A program made the translations under genes and the position numbers. The notes under the pieces were generated by a model. It saw only the letters and a list, made by a program, of their open reading frames with translations, made no database searches and was not told the origin of the DNA. A DNA stretch of 64,000 nt from Cyanobacteriota bacterium (lineage in GTDB: Bacteria; Cyanobacteriota; Cyanobacteriia; Thermostichales; Thermostichaceae), in NCBI GenBank assembly GCA_033764955.1, contig JANRIL010000048.1, positions 1 to 64,000 of the forward strand. Reading direction: 5' to 3'. Within the stretch, counting starts at the first letter, position 1. Each line of letters opens with the position of its first letter. Below are positions 1 through 12,886 of this stretch, piece after piece.

Positions 1-756
1 GCGAGAGTCGAGGTTGAGATGACAAAGGGGACAGGGAGTGACCAGACAATCCGCCCCTGCTTCTAAAGCGGCTTGAATATGCCGACCCGCCAATTGAAAA
101 GATTGCTCAGGGGCATAGCTGGAAATCGGCCAGCCACAGCACTGAGTCCGTCCTGAATACTCAATGGCAGTGGATCCCAACGCTGAAAATATCTGTTCCA
201 GACTGGAGGGGTTGTCGGCTCGATCAAATCGTTGAATATCGTAGGCTCGCAATAGATAACACCCATAAAAAGCAGCACATTTCAACCCTGCCAAAGAGCG
301 CTTGACCTGTTGTTGCAGCCGTTCCAGACCATAATCTTGCACCAATACCCACAACAGATGCCGCACATCCCCAGTTCCCTGATAGGTCTCTTGGCAGCCA
401 CTTTCTTGACAGAGTTGATGAATGTGTTGCAGGTAGGGGGAGTTTTGTTGCTGAGCGAGTTTCAGTTTGTGGTTGACTCTCCCTAACACCCCTTGACAGG
501 TGCTGCAATGGGTCAGCATCGGTAAACCTAACGATTCGGCCAGCGCTAAATTACGGGCATTCACCGTGTCTTCTAACAATGCTGACTCTTCTTTGAAGGT
601 ACCTGACCCACAACAACTGGCTTGTTTCAACTCGATCAGTTCAATGCCCAAGTAACGACTGATTAGATGGGTGGAGTCATACAACTCACGGCAAGCCCCC
701 TGAGCCACACACCCAGGATAGTAGGCATAACGCAAGGCAAGATCCGTCTCAGGCAT
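1..756 (-). CDS. CCG-domain iron-sulfur protein, heterodisulfide reductase subunit B family (cyanobacterial HdrB/SdhE-like); 3' end lies outside the window
   Basis: Hand translation from ATG at 756: MPETDLALRYAYYPGCVAQGACRELY...ASCCGSG...THCSTCQG...AAFYGCYLLR. It carries the YYPGC, CCG, CxxC and second-repeat FYGC motifs. Not in the ORF track because it runs off the edge. Confidence 0.85.
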   Translation of the reverse strand, partial: MPETDLALRYAYYPGCVAQGACRELYDSTHLISRYLGIELIELKQASCCGSGTFKEESALLEDTVNARNLALAESLGLPMLTHCSTCQGVLGRVNHKLKLAQQQNSPYLQHIHQLCQESGCQETYQGTGDVRHLLWVLVQDYGLERLQQQVKRSLAGLKCAAFYGCYLLRAYDIQRFDRADNPSSLEQIFSALGSTAIEYSGRTQCCGWPISSYAPEQSFQLAGRHIQAALEAGADCLVTPCPLCHLNLDSR

Positions 757-840
757 GGTTCTATACTGACAGCAACCTGTCTAGCCTATCCGGTTCTGCG
801 GGTGTTGCGGCTGTTTACTGGGAATAGTCTGGAGTAGTCT

Positions 841-2118
841 ATGGTGGCGCTGGGCTATATTTTTATCCCTACGTTTGTTGAGCAACGGGATCCGCAGGCG
901 GGGCTGGGCTTGCAACAAGCGGGAGCTACCGAGGTTTATGAAGACTGGGGATCCCGCCTCTACCGGGATCATCTGGGGCAGCACCTAAAGGCAGGTACCC
1001 TGTCCTCCCTCTGGCTCTATCGCTTAGCTGACCTGGGCGATACCCTTAGCGAGATTCATCCGCTGATTCGGCAACTGCAACAAGCCGGGATCCCTCTACA
1101 CCTGGTGCAACCGGATGGAACTGTGCTCATCCCCCAGGAGGCCGCCATGTGGACGGAATTGTTAGCTGAGCTACCCACCGCCCTACAACAACGCCGCCTT
1201 CTCCAGGTGCATCACCAAAAGCGCTTGGCGGCTACCCCTCCCCCCGGTGCCCCTCCCTATGGCTATCGCCGCGAAAAAGATCGCTATGTGTTAGACCGCC
1301 GCCAAGCCGCGATTGTCAAAGATTTTTTTGAGCATTTTTTGCTGCATGGCTCCCTACGGGAATCGGTGCGCTATTTGCACAAACTTCATGGCAAAAAGAT
1401 TTCTGTGGCTACGGGGCGACGCTGGCTGAGTAACCCAGTCTATCGAGGAGATTTGGCCTATACCGATGGCGCAACGTTGCGGAATACCCATTCCCCTATC
1501 CTCTCCCGCCAGGAAGCTGCCCAGATTGATCGCTGGCTGAAGCGCAACCAAGGGATCCCCCGCCGCTCCGCCAGTGCCCCCCGATCGTTAGCGGGATTAG
1601 TCTTTTGCCAAACCTGCCAGCAGGGATTACGGATCATCCAGGTTACGCAACGACAAAAAACCAGCCAGTATCGCTATCTGCGCTGTCAAACCTGTCGCTA
1701 CAGCTTGATCTACGAAACGGTTTTAGCGGAGGTGATCCGCCACATTTGCGAACAGTTACCCCAACGTAGCCAGGGCTTTGATCCTCTCCCCCTAGAAGCC
1801 GCTAAAAAAGCCATCGAAGCACAAATTAACAGAAATGATGAAAATCTTAAAGAACTCGCGCACCTGCAATCCCAAGGCTATCTAGACGAGGGATCCCTAC
1901 AACAGCGTCGCTATCATCTGCAAACCGAAAACGCCCTGCTCGCCCAGAAATTAGAACAATTGCCCCCCAGCAATTTGCCAGAGATCGCCCAAACCCTCTC
2001 TATTCAACCTTTCTGGCATGATCTCAGCGAGGCCGAGCGCCGCCGCTATTTCCGCGAATTTATCCGTTTGGTGGAGGTGAATCCACAAGGAGAGGTCAAA
2101 CTATCTTTTTTCTTTTGA
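841..2118 (+). CDS. Large serine-recombinase-family protein (resolvase-like N-terminus, recombinase domain, zinc ribbon, coiled coil); catalytic motif degenerate
   Basis: PPYGY recombinase-domain motif, LSNPVYRG, LAGLVFCQTC...YLRCQTC zinc ribbon. The N-terminus reads GYIFIPT instead of YxRxS. Confidence 0.8.
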   Translation: MVALGYIFIPTFVEQRDPQAGLGLQQAGATEVYEDWGSRLYRDHLGQHLKAGTLSSLWLYRLADLGDTLSEIHPLIRQLQQAGIPLHLVQPDGTVLIPQEAAMWTELLAELPTALQQRRLLQVHHQKRLAATPPPGAPPYGYRREKDRYVLDRRQAAIVKDFFEHFLLHGSLRESVRYLHKLHGKKISVATGRRWLSNPVYRGDLAYTDGATLRNTHSPILSRQEAAQIDRWLKRNQGIPRRSASAPRSLAGLVFCQTCQQGLRIIQVTQRQKTSQYRYLRCQTCRYSLIYETVLAEVIRHICEQLPQRSQGFDPLPLEAAKKAIEAQINRNDENLKELAHLQSQGYLDEGSLQQRRYHLQTENALLAQKLEQLPPSNLPEIAQTLSIQPFWHDLSEAERRRYFREFIRLVEVNPQGEVKLSFFF

Positions 2119-2413
2119 TCCTTGTTTTTAGATTAGGTTTAGAAAAAATTGTTAAATCAACCAAAAATAGCAAATTCAGTCGGATTTACGGCTTATGATC
2201 CAGTTTCAAGCTTCCTAAAAGCTGAGGATACTGCTAGCAAGCTTATTTACAAATCGTGATCATTTTCAATCGGGCAACCACCACCCATAATGCTGATTAG
2301 TTGGTGATGCCCATCTCTGGAGTATGCTCAGGAGCCTTGTTCAAAGGCTGTCTATCCCTAGCGGTCTCATCCTCAACCCAACCCTTTTGTCCTTTTGTTA
2401 AGGAGAACCTCCT

Positions 2414-3271
2414 GTGAAACTGGCTGTATACGGAAAAGGTGGCATTGGTAAATCCACCACAAGCTGCAATATTTCGGTGGCTCTCGCTCGACGGGGCATG
2501 AAGGTGTTGCAGATTGGTTGTGATCCCAAGCACGACAGCACGTTTACCCTGACAGGCTTTCTGATCCCGACGATCATCGATACGTTGCAATCCAAGGATT
2601 ACCACTACGAGGATGTCTATCCTGAAGATGTGATCTACCACGGCTATGGCGGTGTGGATTGTGTGGAAGCAGGTGGACCTCCGGCGGGGGCAGGCTGCGG
2701 GGGCTATGTGGTTGGAGAAACCGTCAAGCTACTGAAGGAGTTGAATGCTTTTGACGAATACGACATCATCCTATTTGATGTGCTGGGGGATGTGGTCTGC
2801 GGTGGATTTGCGGCTCCCCTCAACTATGCCGACTATTGTCTGATCGTCACCGATAATGGCTTTGATGCTCTATTTGCCGCTAACCGGATCGCTGCCTCGG
2901 TGCGGGAAAAAGCGCGGACTCGTCGCCTCAGATTGGCTGGCTTGATCGGCAACCGCACCTCAAAGCGGGATTTGATCGACAAGTATGTCTCCACCGTCCC
3001 CATGCCCGTCATGGAAGTGCTGCCCCTGATCGAAGATATCCGCATCTCGCGGGTTAAGGGCAAATCGATTTTTGAGATGGCGGAAACGGATCCCGAATTG
3101 GAACCCGTCTGTCAGTATTACCTCAACATTGCCGATCAACTGCTCTCCCAACCGGAAGGCATTATTCCCCAGGATGCGGCTGACCGCGATCTATTCACCT
3201 TGTTGTCTGATTTTTACAGCACCGTCCCCTCCAGTGGACAAACCAGTGGACACGCGATGGCAGTAGCTTAA
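2414..3271 (+). CDS. chlL: Light-independent protochlorophyllide reductase Fe protein
   Basis: [34 protein letters not shown] and [11 protein letters not shown] motifs; GTG start after AAGGAG. Confidence 0.97.
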   Translation: MKLAVYGKGGIGKSTTSCNISVALARRGMKVLQIGCDPKHDSTFTLTGFLIPTIIDTLQSKDYHYEDVYPEDVIYHGYGGVDCVEAGGPPAGAGCGGYVVGETVKLLKELNAFDEYDIILFDVLGDVVCGGFAAPLNYADYCLIVTDNGFDALFAANRIAASVREKARTRRLRLAGLIGNRTSKRDLIDKYVSTVPMPVMEVLPLIEDIRISRVKGKSIFEMAETDPELEPVCQYYLNIADQLLSQPEGIIPQDAADRDLFTLLSDFYSTVPSSGQTSGHAMAVA

Positions 3272-3300
3272 ATCTAAGCAAGTGTGAGGGAGAGGGAGAT

Positions 3301-5522
<2,222 letters not shown>

Positions 5523-5622
5523 GTCAATAGTCCATCCTCCCCAAAAATCTGAGGAAGATAAGGCTCTTGCCGCCAAAGAAATCTCAAGGTCTCTCCCCCT
5601 TGGGAGCTGAGTTATAGCGCAA

Positions 5623-5660
5623 CTGGGCAAGGGATCCCTAGCAAACTTGCCCAGCTTTTT
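5623..5660 (+). terminator. Probable intrinsic terminator after chlN
   Basis: CTGGGCAAG/CTTGCCCAG stem followed by a T run; GGGATCCC starts at the last stem base and occupies the loop. Confidence 0.65.
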
Positions 5661-5795
5661 GTTGGATGGACGCCTTCGCTTTTGGACTTGGATCCCTAAC
5701 AGTGCCCCTGTTTATGGGGGGAAAGCTTTGCGTGTCATTGTAGAACCAGATGGCATAACCGTTCATAACGCCTTTCTTGACCGAGGCTTCCAGCA

Positions 5796-6032
5796 ATGAA
5801 ATACCAATACTACTCTGATACTGACCGTCTTTATATCGAGCGTCTTGCTGAAGCTGGGGTGGAGAGTTATGAAATAGAGCCAGATATTGTTGTTGATCTC
5901 AATCGGTATGGAGAGATTATCGGCTTCGATGTGGATCACGCCTCCCAGCATCTCAAGACCCAGACGCCTCAAAAGCAAGATGTTGAGCAATTATTCAAAT
6001 TTCTAGTTGAAATGGCCTCAATAAAACCGTGA
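5796..6032 (+). CDS. DUF2283-like small protein
   Basis: MKYQYYSDTDRLYI...IVVDLNRYGEIIGFDV pattern. Confidence 0.7.
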   Translation: MKYQYYSDTDRLYIERLAEAGVESYEIEPDIVVDLNRYGEIIGFDVDHASQHLKTQTPQKQDVEQLFKFLVEMASIKP

Positions 6033-6221
6033 TCGAGTAGACTCAGTGCCGATCAGTTTGTGCATTTTTTGGACATAGCGGATCAACCATTGCCCCTCCT
6101 GAATGGATCCGTTGCGGTTTATGGGTTGAGGGGCGTTGGCTAAGCTGGTAGGATAGAAATTCTGTCTTGTCTGGATATCAGCCCTCATTTTCTCGATTTA
6201 CCACAAGGAGTTGTTTAGCCC

Positions 6222-6512
6222 ATGCCTCGCCCCTATGAAACCATGTTGATCGTGCGTCCTGATGTTGTGGATGAACCTCTGGCTCAACTGTTAAATGCTC
6301 AGAAAGAAATCCTACAAGAGGGAGGAGCCACCACAGTCGAGACCCAAATCAAGGGCAAGCGCCGTTTTACCTACGAAATGAAAGGGCATAAAGAAGGTCT
6401 CTACGTGTTGGTCAACTATCAAGCGGATCCGGCTGCCGTGCAGGTGTGGGAAAAAGGATTACGCCTCAATGAGACGATCCTACGTTTCATGACGTTGAAT
6501 TTAGAGAAATAA
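6222..6512 (+). CDS. rpsF: 30S ribosomal protein S6
   Basis: [20 protein letters not shown] and [11 protein letters not shown] motifs; AAGGAG upstream. Confidence 0.95.
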   Translation: MPRPYETMLIVRPDVVDEPLAQLLNAQKEILQEGGATTVETQIKGKRRFTYEMKGHKEGLYVLVNYQADPAAVQVWEKGLRLNETILRFMTLNLEK

Positions 6513-6706
6513 CAAAAAATCAGGCAATCGTCCTGACGGATCGGAAGTTCTGATCCTCCCACTTCAGTAGACAATCTCGCGGGGTTGGGTAGATAGTGGC
6601 TAGACTGACCGCTGTTGAATGATAAATTAGGAGGCAGAAGGCTATCCCTCTGGCGGAATCATCGCTCTGTGCTTGCCACCTTTATCCTTTCACTCAAGAC
6701 AAGCCT

Positions 6707-7141
6707 ATGAATTCTATCGTGTTAATGGCGGAGGTTCTGACTGAGCCGGAGCTTCGCTATACCCCCGACAACCTAGCGGTGGCTTCCCTCTTGGTCAGTT
6801 TTTTGGGTAATCGAGCCGACGAAGCCCCCTACCAAGTGCGGGTGGCTGCCTTTGGGGAGCTGGCTCAGCAGGTGGTAGACGCCTGTTCAGTGGGATCCCC
6901 GATCACGATTGAGGGGCAACTGCACATGAACCTTGTGGAGCGGGATGGTCGCAAAGAGAAACAGGCTGAGATTAACGCCCGCCGTATTTATCCCTTGTCT
7001 GCTCAACCTTTACCCCCACTAGTAGGCAGCCCTCCCGCTAGCTTGCCAGTCAGTCCTCCGCAACCTGACTCGACCCCTCCTCCTGCGCGATCCACCCCCA
7101 GCAAGCCCGCCTCTGTTGATTATGATGACTTACCCTTTTGA
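6707..7141 (+). CDS. ssb: Single-stranded DNA-binding protein
   Basis: MNSIVL..PELRYTPD OB fold, Pro-rich linker, acidic DYDDLPF tail. Confidence 0.9.
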   Translation: MNSIVLMAEVLTEPELRYTPDNLAVASLLVSFLGNRADEAPYQVRVAAFGELAQQVVDACSVGSPITIEGQLHMNLVERDGRKEKQAEINARRIYPLSAQPLPPLVGSPPASLPVSPPQPDSTPPPARSTPSKPASVDYDDLPF

Positions 7142-7156
7142 TCGGGATCCGCCGGC

Positions 7157-7858
7157 ATGAGGGATGCAAGACTTCCTCTGACACCTTCTCTAGAAATTTT
7201 GGGCTACTCGCGGCAGGGGAGACCCATTGAGTTGTGGCAGCTTACCACTGGATCCCCTCAGCTACTGCTGTTAGGTGGGGTGCATGGGGATGAAGTAGAA
7301 GCCTATCAACTTTTAGATCGCTGGGTGGCCACTGGAGTATGGGCTAACTTGCAGGGCAAAGCCAGCTTATGGGTGATTCCACGGGTCAATCCTGACGGCT
7401 GTTGGGTGGGTGAACGGGTCAATGCCAACGGTGTTGATTTGAACCGCAATATGGCTACCCGTGATTGGTCGGCGCAAATCCTCAATCCCCGCTATCCCCC
7501 TGGCTCTGCTGCCAATTCCGAGCCGGAGACCCAAATTTTAGCGGCTTGCATCGAACGGTTGGCTCCCCACTTCATCCTTTCTCTCCATGCCTGTCAACAG
7601 GATGCCTGTGTCAACTTTAATGGCCCTTGCCGGAGGGCTGCCGAGGTGATGTCTACCCATAATCGCCTGCCTGTCACCGATGACATAGGCTATCCTACCC
7701 CTGGTTCACTGGGTACCTGGGCAGGCTGGGAGCGGGGGATCCCCACCATCACCCTAGAAATTTTGCGGGGAACTCCGCCCGAACAGGTTTGGCAAGAAGA
7801 GAGCCTAGCCCTACTAGAAACGTTACGATTTGCGGCGGAGCAACCCACCTTAGGCTAA
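7157..7858 (+). CDS. M14 zinc carboxypeptidase (murein peptide amidase MpaA-like)
   Basis: GGVHGDE, NPDG, NANGVDLNRN, SEPET, GYPTPGSLGTW and ITLE motifs. Confidence 0.85.
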   Translation: MRDARLPLTPSLEILGYSRQGRPIELWQLTTGSPQLLLLGGVHGDEVEAYQLLDRWVATGVWANLQGKASLWVIPRVNPDGCWVGERVNANGVDLNRNMATRDWSAQILNPRYPPGSAANSEPETQILAACIERLAPHFILSLHACQQDACVNFNGPCRRAAEVMSTHNRLPVTDDIGYPTPGSLGTWAGWERGIPTITLEILRGTPPEQVWQEESLALLETLRFAAEQPTLG

Positions 7859-8061
7859 CTCAAACGGCGAGATAGGAATGAGGATACCTACCTTTTTCTC
7901 GCCCAAAGCCTGAGACCGATCAACGGAAGCAAAATAGCCTTAATTAAACCTGTAGAAATCTTGAAAATCGGTGTTTATTGCAACAAAGTTCTGGATAATG
8001 AGCGTTAATTTACGTCAAGATTGCCAGACTCTCGCTGTTTCTTACAGGTTACAAACTCTTC

Positions 8062-10251
8062 ATGGATAACGCGGCTCTTGGATCCCCAGAATTATGTACC
8101 CATCTGCCCCAGGCACTCTCCCCCCTCTATGAGATTGCCCGCAACTACTGGTGGACTTGGCACCCCGATCACTTGACGATTTTTCGGGAGATGGATCCCG
8201 CCCTCTGGGATCGCTCCTCCCACAATCCGGTGCGGATGTTACAGGAAGTCTCCTATCTGCGGTTGGCGGCTTTGGCGACGGATGTCAATTATCTCGCCAC
8301 GCTAGAGCGGATGACGGAAGATTTTCGCCACTATTTGGCCTGCCAAGATACCTGGGCTGAGCGGAGTCTGCGTCATTATGATCGGCAAAAGCCGATTGCC
8401 TATTTTTGTGCCGAATATGGTTTGCATGAGTCCTTGCCCACCTATTCCGGTGGGTTGGGCATGTTAGCCGCTGATCACCTCAAATCCGCTTCCGATCTTG
8501 GGATCCCCTTAGTGGCAGTGGGCATTCTCTATCGCCAGGGCTATTTTCAACAACGCTTGGATAGTCAGGGCTGGCAAGGAGAAATCTATGAAGACTCCGA
8601 CTTCAGCAATTTACCTGTGACGCTGGTGACCCAGGCTGATGGATCCCCCCTCTTGGTGGAAATGAAAATTGGTCAACGCCTTGTCAAAGCCTGCGCCTGG
8701 AAAGTGGCGGTGGGGCGGGTCACCCTCTATCTGCTCGATACCAACCTGGAGGAGAACGATCCCATTGATCGGTGGATTACCGCCCACCTCTACGGGGGCA
8801 GTACCGATACACGGATTGCTCAAGAAATTGTCCTGGGAATTGGTGGGGTACGGCTGTTGCGGCAGTTGGGCTTGGATCCCTCCGTCTATCACATGAACGA
8901 AGGGCACGCGGCTTTTCTCACCTTGGAGCTGCTGCGGGAAGAAATCGCGCAGGGGAAAGCCTTTCTCGATGCAGAACCGAAGGTACGCGAAAAATGTATT
9001 TTTACCACCCATACTCCAGTTCCAGCGGGACACGATGCCTTTAGCCCCGATGAGATGGATACCTTCTTTTCCTCCTATTGGCCGCAACTGGGTCTGACAC
9101 GGGAGCAGTTCCTCACCTTAGGGGCACGTCGCACTGGGGATCCCTGGGAACGCTTTAATATGACCGTGCTGGCGTTGCGCTACGCTCGTATGGCTAATGG
9201 GGTGAGTCAGTTGCACGGGCGGGTTTCCCGCGAAATGTGGCATGTCCTCTATCCGCAAAAAGAAGTGAAGGAGGTACCGATTGGCTCGATTACCAACGGT
9301 GTTCATGCCCGCACCTGGATTTCTCCCTTGTTTTGGAATCTTTATAACCGTTATCTTGGCTCCGACTGGGCGGACAAAATGTCGGATCCCGCCACCTGGG
9401 CTAAGGTGGATCAAATTCCCGATCACGAGTTGTGGCAAGCAAAGACAGCTTTACGGGAACGGCTAGTCTCTTTTGTTCGCCATCGCACTATTCGCTCCCG
9501 CCGCAATCGCGGGGAGTCTAATGAGCGAGTTCATGCCGTGGCTCATCTATTAGATCCGCAGATTTTGACGATTGGGTTTGCGCGCCGCTTCAGCACCTAT
9601 AAGCGGGGAGATCTGATTTTGCGGGATCTGGAACGGATCACTACCATCTTTAGCAACCTGGATCGCCCCGTACAGATTATTTTTGCGGGCAAAGCGCATC
9701 CCCGTGACGAGGGAGGCAAACGGCTGATTCAACGGGTGGTGGAATGGTCTAATCATCCCGTGGTGGGTAACCGTGTCGCCTTTATTGAAAACTACGACGC
9801 CTATGTGGGGCGTAATTTGGTGCAAGGGGTAGATGTGTGGTTAAATAACCCCCGTCGTCCCCTGGAGGCCTCTGGGACATCAGGACAGAAAGTGGGCTTT
9901 AGTGGAGGACTCAATCTTTCGGTTTTGGATGGCTGGTGGCCGGAGGGCTATAACGGTAGCAATGGCTGGGCAATTGGCCAAGAGATCGATGGCATTGATC
10001 CGTCCCTCCAGGATGATTTGGATGCCACTTCTCTCTACGATCTGCTGGAAAATGAGGTCATTCCCCTTTTCTATGACCAGGACGAATTCGGGATCCCGCA
10101 TCGTTGGATTGCCCGCGTCAAGGAAGCGATTTGCACCCTCAATCCTGTTTTCAATACGGATCGGATGGTGGCAGAATATGCCCTCAGCATGTACGAGCCG
10201 AGGGAGGAACTAGGGGAAATTCGACCTGTATTGGCTTTAAGCAAAGGGTAG
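8062..10251 (+). CDS. glgP: Alpha-glucan (glycogen) phosphorylase
   Basis: YSGGLG, HMNEGH, FTTHTPVPAGHD, GFARRF..YKR and EASGTSGQK PLP-lysine motifs. Confidence 0.95.
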   Translation: MDNAALGSPELCTHLPQALSPLYEIARNYWWTWHPDHLTIFREMDPALWDRSSHNPVRMLQEVSYLRLAALATDVNYLATLERMTEDFRHYLACQDTWAERSLRHYDRQKPIAYFCAEYGLHESLPTYSGGLGMLAADHLKSASDLGIPLVAVGILYRQGYFQQRLDSQGWQGEIYEDSDFSNLPVTLVTQADGSPLLVEMKIGQRLVKACAWKVAVGRVTLYLLDTNLEENDPIDRWITAHLYGGSTDTRIAQEIVLGIGGVRLLRQLGLDPSVYHMNEGHAAFLTLELLREEIAQGKAFLDAEPKVREKCIFTTHTPVPAGHDAFSPDEMDTFFSSYWPQLGLTREQFLTLGARRTGDPWERFNMTVLALRYARMANGVSQLHGRVSREMWHVLYPQKEVKEVPIGSITNGVHARTWISPLFWNLYNRYLGSDWADKMSDPATWAKVDQIPDHELWQAKTALRERLVSFVRHRTIRSRRNRGESNERVHAVAHLLDPQILTIGFARRFSTYKRGDLILRDLERITTIFSNLDRPVQIIFAGKAHPRDEGGKRLIQRVVEWSNHPVVGNRVAFIENYDAYVGRNLVQGVDVWLNNPRRPLEASGTSGQKVGFSGGLNLSVLDGWWPEGYNGSNGWAIGQEIDGIDPSLQDDLDATSLYDLLENEVIPLFYDQDEFGIPHRWIARVKEAICTLNPVFNTDRMVAEYALSMYEPREELGEIRPVLALSKG

Positions 10252-10346
10252 TGGGGGGATCCCTTTAACGGGGGGGATAGTTAATCTCTCTGCCCATGAC
10301 TTTTAGACTAGTCAGCAACAAGAAAACCTGCTTTTTTGATGATGAT

Positions 10347-10374
10347 CCTCACTGCTAGTCAGTGGGGGTTTTTT
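10347..10374 (+). terminator. Probable intrinsic terminator after glgP
   Basis: CCTCACTG-loop-CAGTGGGG stem followed by GTTTTTT. Confidence 0.6.
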
Positions 10375-10400
10375 CAGGATATCTCTGTTCTATTCTATCG

Positions 10401-10946
10401 TTATGCCACTCGCCGCATTCCTGCCCCAATCGGGTCAAATTGTGGGTTAAAGCGGGTGGCATGGTTAAAATAAGCGCCCCGCAGGTTCGCCCCCTCCAAG
10501 ATCGCCCCCTCTAGGTTCGCCCCCCACAGATCCGCTCCGCTTAGGTTGGCAGCGGTCAGGTTGGCCTCCCGCAGATCCGCCTGTCGCAAAACCGCTGAAC
10601 TCAGTTTTGAACGAAGCAGCATGGTTTTTCGCAGATCACAGCCCCAGAGGTTGCTCCCCATCAAACGGGCTTCCGTCAGATTAGCCCTAGACATGTTGGC
10701 GGAACGCAGGTCAGCTCGGCTGAGGTTGGCTTTTCGCAAATCTGCCTCTCGCAAATAGGCTTCGTTGAGATTAGACTCCCGTAGGTCGGCTTCTCGTAGA
10801 TCGGCGTGGCTGAGATTAACCCCAATCAAATCACTGACCCGCAGGTTGGCTAGCCGCAGATGGGCACCCACAAAGTCTCGCTCGCCTGCCACATATTGTT
10901 TTAGTAGTTCGGGGGCGTTATTCACTGAAGCGTTGAGTTGCAGCAT
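10401..10946 (-). CDS. Pentapeptide repeat protein
   Basis: Y..GERDF N-cap followed by A(D/N)Lxx repeats. Confidence 0.92.
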   Translation of the reverse strand: MLQLNASVNNAPELLKQYVAGERDFVGAHLRLANLRVSDLIGVNLSHADLREADLRESNLNEAYLREADLRKANLSRADLRSANMSRANLTEARLMGSNLWGCDLRKTMLLRSKLSSAVLRQADLREANLTAANLSGADLWGANLEGAILEGANLRGAYFNHATRFNPQFDPIGAGMRRVA

Positions 10947-11190
10947 GGCCTAACCCCTATGGATACAAGGATCCCGATATCTCACTCTGACCGCTGTAAC
11001 AAGGCATTCGGTAGAGCAAATATACGGAAATTCCCCCTTCTGAATCGGCTTGCTCTGGCGGGATCCTTATCCGCAAGAATACGGGAATGACCATCCGCCA
11101 TCCTACCTGAGCAACAATACATAGAGCGGAACATTCTAAAGATTACTAAACAACCGTTCACGCAAAACGGAGCTGAGGCGAGGAGCGCAG

Positions 11191-11943
11191 ATGGCAGGAA
11201 CATGGCAGTGGCAGCAACAGGGGCTAACCTGTAGCCTTTTGGCCGACTGGCCCCATTGGTTTGGCAGCAAACTGAGTTATCCGGCTCTGCCTGCTCAACT
11301 GGTCAGCCATTGGCGGCAGGATCCCGCCTCCGCTATTTGGGTTCATCAGGTGCATGGCAACCACTACCTTGCCTCCGATCAGGTCATAGCCATGGCTGAA
11401 CAACCCCAAGCGGATGCCCTTGTCGCCCATCCGTCTTCCTCCCACTCGGTTTGGGTTTCCACCGCCGATTGTGTGCCCATTTTGCTGGCCTCCCCTACGG
11501 GTTTAGTGGCGGCGGTTCACGCCGGCTGGCGGGGTACGGCAGCCCAGATCCTCGGGCAAGTCATCCAGGCTTTTGTTGAACAGGGATCCCCCCTCCACTC
11601 CCTACGGGCTGCCCTTGGTCCGGCCATTTCTGGGGAGGTGTATCAAGTCTCGCAGGAGGTGGCCGATCAGGTATTGCAGACGATCCCGTCAACTTTGCAT
11701 AGCCACGTACTCTATCCAGATCCCAACCCTGGCAAAGTCTGCCTGGATGTGCGGCAGGTGAACCGTCTGCAACTGATCGCATCGGGGATCCCTGCTGAGC
11801 AGATCAGTCTGGCTCCCTATTGTACCCTCCGCCACTCCGACTATTTTTTCTCCTATCGCCGTCAGGGATCCCTGCGTTCTGGCCCCAATTCTCTCCCGAC
11901 TGTGCAGTGGTCAGGCATCGGCTTCTTTCCTGAAAAGGGTTGA
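11191..11943 (+). CDS. pgeF: PgeF/YfiH purine nucleoside phosphorylase-laccase-domain protein
   Basis: QVHG, ADAL, TADCVPILL, AAVHAGWRG, GPAISG and FFSYRR motifs. Confidence 0.9.
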   Translation: MAGTWQWQQQGLTCSLLADWPHWFGSKLSYPALPAQLVSHWRQDPASAIWVHQVHGNHYLASDQVIAMAEQPQADALVAHPSSSHSVWVSTADCVPILLASPTGLVAAVHAGWRGTAAQILGQVIQAFVEQGSPLHSLRAALGPAISGEVYQVSQEVADQVLQTIPSTLHSHVLYPDPNPGKVCLDVRQVNRLQLIASGIPAEQISLAPYCTLRHSDYFFSYRRQGSLRSGPNSLPTVQWSGIGFFPEKG

Positions 11944-12108
11944 TTGTGAAAAGGGCTGAAGCGGGTGGGTCAGGATAGCTCTCCGGCTAGATCGCTCAGG
12001 TTAATCAGCGATCTGGCTCAGGAGTTGGGTGGCTGCGATCCGTCATCCTAAGAACAGCCAAACGTTAAGAGTTGGCACGGATGTATTGATCAACCATGAG
12101 CGGGTGGG

Positions 12109-12459
12109 ATGGGTGAGATGGTGGCGACAAGCGAGCAAGCAAGCAGTGAGATAGCAACCAGTCAGCAGGGAGCAAGGGAGATGGTGAGCGAAGTCGAGTT
12201 GCGCTTAACGGCTGAACATCTGGCGGAATTAACTCCTGCCCAACGGTCTCAATTTTGGTCGGCGCTTTCCAAACTGTGGCATGACCATAAGCTCCCTCAA
12301 GCTCCCCCCCAATTTCGCCCCCACTTGGCTCACTGTGCGGCGGTGGCTGCCGATTTAGCCTATCTGGAAGAGTTAGATCCCGATGCCGAGCGAACCCTAG
12401 CGGATACGGCGCGGTGGTTAATCTATCAATGGGATCGCTTAGTGCTGTTGCGCTTCTAA
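12109..12459 (+). CDS. Hypothetical protein
   Basis: 116-aa ORF with helical composition; no recognised motif. Confidence 0.5.
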   Translation: MGEMVATSEQASSEIATSQQGAREMVSEVELRLTAEHLAELTPAQRSQFWSALSKLWHDHKLPQAPPQFRPHLAHCAAVAADLAYLEELDPDAERTLADTARWLIYQWDRLVLLRF

Positions 12460-12495
12460 TCCTGGTGGGCATCCCTGACCCTGACGAGTCCAGCC

Positions 12496-12678
12496 CTAAG
12501 TACGTCGATACGCTACGGATCCCTCAGCCAAGGCATTCATCAATGTTTCTAGGGCATCCAGGTCAGAGGCAGACAGAGGAGGCTGGCTTAACAAATTTAA
12601 TATCCTAATCTCTTGAGCTTCAGTGATAACCTTTTGGGCAAGGATATCGGAGACAATCTCTGCTATGGTCAGCACCAT
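12496..12678 (-). CDS. Small conserved-type cyanobacterial hypothetical protein
   Basis: I.EIV..IL....IT...E.RI..LL......DL.AL..LM.AL..G.V resembles a common ~60-aa cyanobacterial family (recalled, not searched). Confidence 0.65.
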   Translation of the reverse strand: MVLTIAEIVSDILAQKVITEAQEIRILNLLSQPPLSASDLDALETLMNALAEGSVAYRRT

Positions 12679-12886
12679 AGGCTTTCAGGGGCTAGCTTGC
12701 ATTATTCGTAACATAAGCCAAAGGGGGAGCAAGGCTGGCTCGCTTTCTGCCCAGGAACTCTCTTCATCCGCTGAAACTAGCAGAGAGTTCTTCCCTCCTC
12801 AGGTCTAATTCCGTAATCTTACTGACTGCTTTGGGCTGGACTGCCTACTCCTGATACCTACTTACGTCGAATCCATACCTCCGTAA

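Noticed and set aside
63..508. ORF-track entries 63..278 and 224..508
   Set aside because: Out-of-frame shadows of the real hdrB-like CDS (1..756, minus strand).
841..2118. Prophage or excision-element integrase
   Set aside because: Catalytic motif absent, no att repeats or cargo, and flanked by core genes.
10982..11190. Possible ncRNA between the pentapeptide gene and pgeF
   Set aside because: No recognisable family motif or convincing fold; explained as a divergent promoter region.
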